From NCBI GenBank assembly GCA_013265495.1, contig MU058423.1:4572793-4636792 (forward strand): a DNA stretch of 64,000 nt, written 5' to 3'. The stretch comes from Vicugna vicugna. Lineage: Eukaryota. A program made the position numbers and the translations under genes. The notes beneath the pieces were generated by a model. It searched no databases, was not told the DNA's origin, and saw nothing but the letters and a program-made list of their open reading frames with translations. Every line of letters starts with the position of its first letter. Positions within the stretch are counted from its first letter, which is position 1. Of the stretch, positions 62,513 through 64,000 are shown one piece after another.

Positions 62513-64000
62513 AAAAAGGTGGGGTTTTGTTGTTGTTGTTTTTGCTGAAAGGAGTACATTTTAGTTTCTTGGAAAACTCAGCTGTTCAGAATAACTAATT
62601 ACTTTAAGGTTCTAGACAGATGCAATTTTTAGCTCTTTTTTTTTTTTTGCATGTTTTGCACAATATCGTTTTCCGAACTTGCTTTCCTTTGGGTGTTTCA
62701 GTTGGATATCTGTCCTTATACATCAAGTGATTAACTGTTAGCACTCAAAACATTTCAAACATTTCAAATAAATGGAGGCACTGCTTGACACAGCAGGTAG
62801 CAAACTTATGGTGAAATAATGAAACTCATTACCCTGAAGAGTACAGGTTCAAAATAATAATAAAAATAGCTGCATGCCAGCAAATAGAATTGTGTATTTC
62901 AGATCTTAGATTTTAAATCATAGCTCATAGATCATACATAAGGTTTCCAAAAGAAGCTATGGATGATTTCAAGTGAATGACATGGCGGTCAACCAGTTCT
63001 CTTTCATAATACATTCTTTGTTACTCCCTTCAGGGACTAGATTCTGAGCTGAATGGATTAAATCTCTGACCAAGAATGGGGCTTTAACATTAAAAATCTC
63101 TACCAGAGACTTTATTCTGGTAGAATAAAGATTTTCTTGGTAAAACCATAAATTTTTGTGTTTTTTAAAAATTTAAGTTATGCAAATACACAAATATAGC
63201 CCCCTTATCTGACAAATTCACTTATATTCAGAGCATGTCATTTGAAGCTTGATGAAAGAAGGATCTAGTCAAGGTCAACTATTATACTTGATAACAGGCA
63301 TTAAAAGTAGTTTATGAGCAACACATGTTATTAGTTAATAATGCACGCATAGTTATGTGTTGAGATTAAGCAGTATTTATGTGTGTAAGTATGACTCATT
63401 CTTTTCTTAATGATTTATGAGACAGAATTTTTATCTAACAGACATTTCCAGGTATCTAATCAACCAGAAAGTATTGCATTTTCATTATGAGGCAGAGATG
63501 ATTCAAATTTAATTACAACTCATTGACCTACAGTAGTGTTTTCAACTTTGATTTGCATGGTCATCACCACCAAGCTGAAGATGACCACTAATTAGAAGAA
63601 TTACAAGTCTAAAGATTTAAACATACACTGTAATAGTGAGCTCTGTATGTTTTCCAGGTTTTTTTTCCTTAATGCTTCAAATTTGGAGATGTTACCATGA
63701 AGTCACATTGCTGTCTGGTCATGTATGTCCTCACTTGTGAGTTAACCATGCCTGTGTACATCTGTAGTGTCCCTACACGCTTGGAATGTTTATAGGGGGT
63801 TTCTACCTGACGCTTCTGTTCCCAGGCACCCCTTGCTCAGCACTGCCCACATGGAATAGATTCATCCACCTCAAAGAACATTTTCAAAATTTGTCGGGAT
63901 ACTCACGATGTTTCTAATGTTAGAAAGCTGTATAAACCACTTCTAAGAGCACTGAGGTAGATCCCATGTCAGGATCTGCCATAATATAGCTATGCAACCT

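Noticed and set aside
1..64000. Short ORFs in the six-frame track as host genes
   Set aside because: No recognisable domains; many start at non-ATG codons or lie in MIR/L2/L1/LTR fossils; lengths are as expected by chance
63900..64000. Minus-strand exon ending at a gtgagt donor near 63907
   Set aside because: All three frames contain stops over the visible stretch; no supporting partner exon
1..64000. CRISPR array, operon, prophage or other prokaryotic system
   Set aside because: Sequence is eutherian repeat-rich DNA; no regularly spaced repeats or gene-dense segment seen

Overview
64 kb of non-coding mammalian DNA (intron or gene desert). It is most likely from a camelid (Camelus/Vicugna/Lama), because it carries two tRNA-derived SINEs resembling the camelid Vic-1 family plus cetartiodactyl-type L1 3' ends. 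I recognise no host protein-coding exon, RNA gene or prokaryotic system. The only protein-like ORFs are decayed L1 ORF1/ORF2 and a fossil hAT-Blackjack transposase. Much of the window is old transposon fossils: MIR, L2, L1, MaLR/ERVL/ERV1 LTRs and hAT DNA transposons. Several are nested or rearranged: an L1 5' end inside a Blackjack element, a twin-primed L1, and an LTR inside an LTR. Between them lie transposon-poor blocks with clustered homeodomain/PBX-HOX/MEIS-type motifs, one CCAAT+GC-box/G4 element and a few speculative splice-site-bounded segments. Repeat family names come from remembered consensus sequences, not a database search, and most boundaries are approximate. I cannot support a claim of a novel biological system. 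The best leads are the candidate regulatory blocks and cryptic exons.
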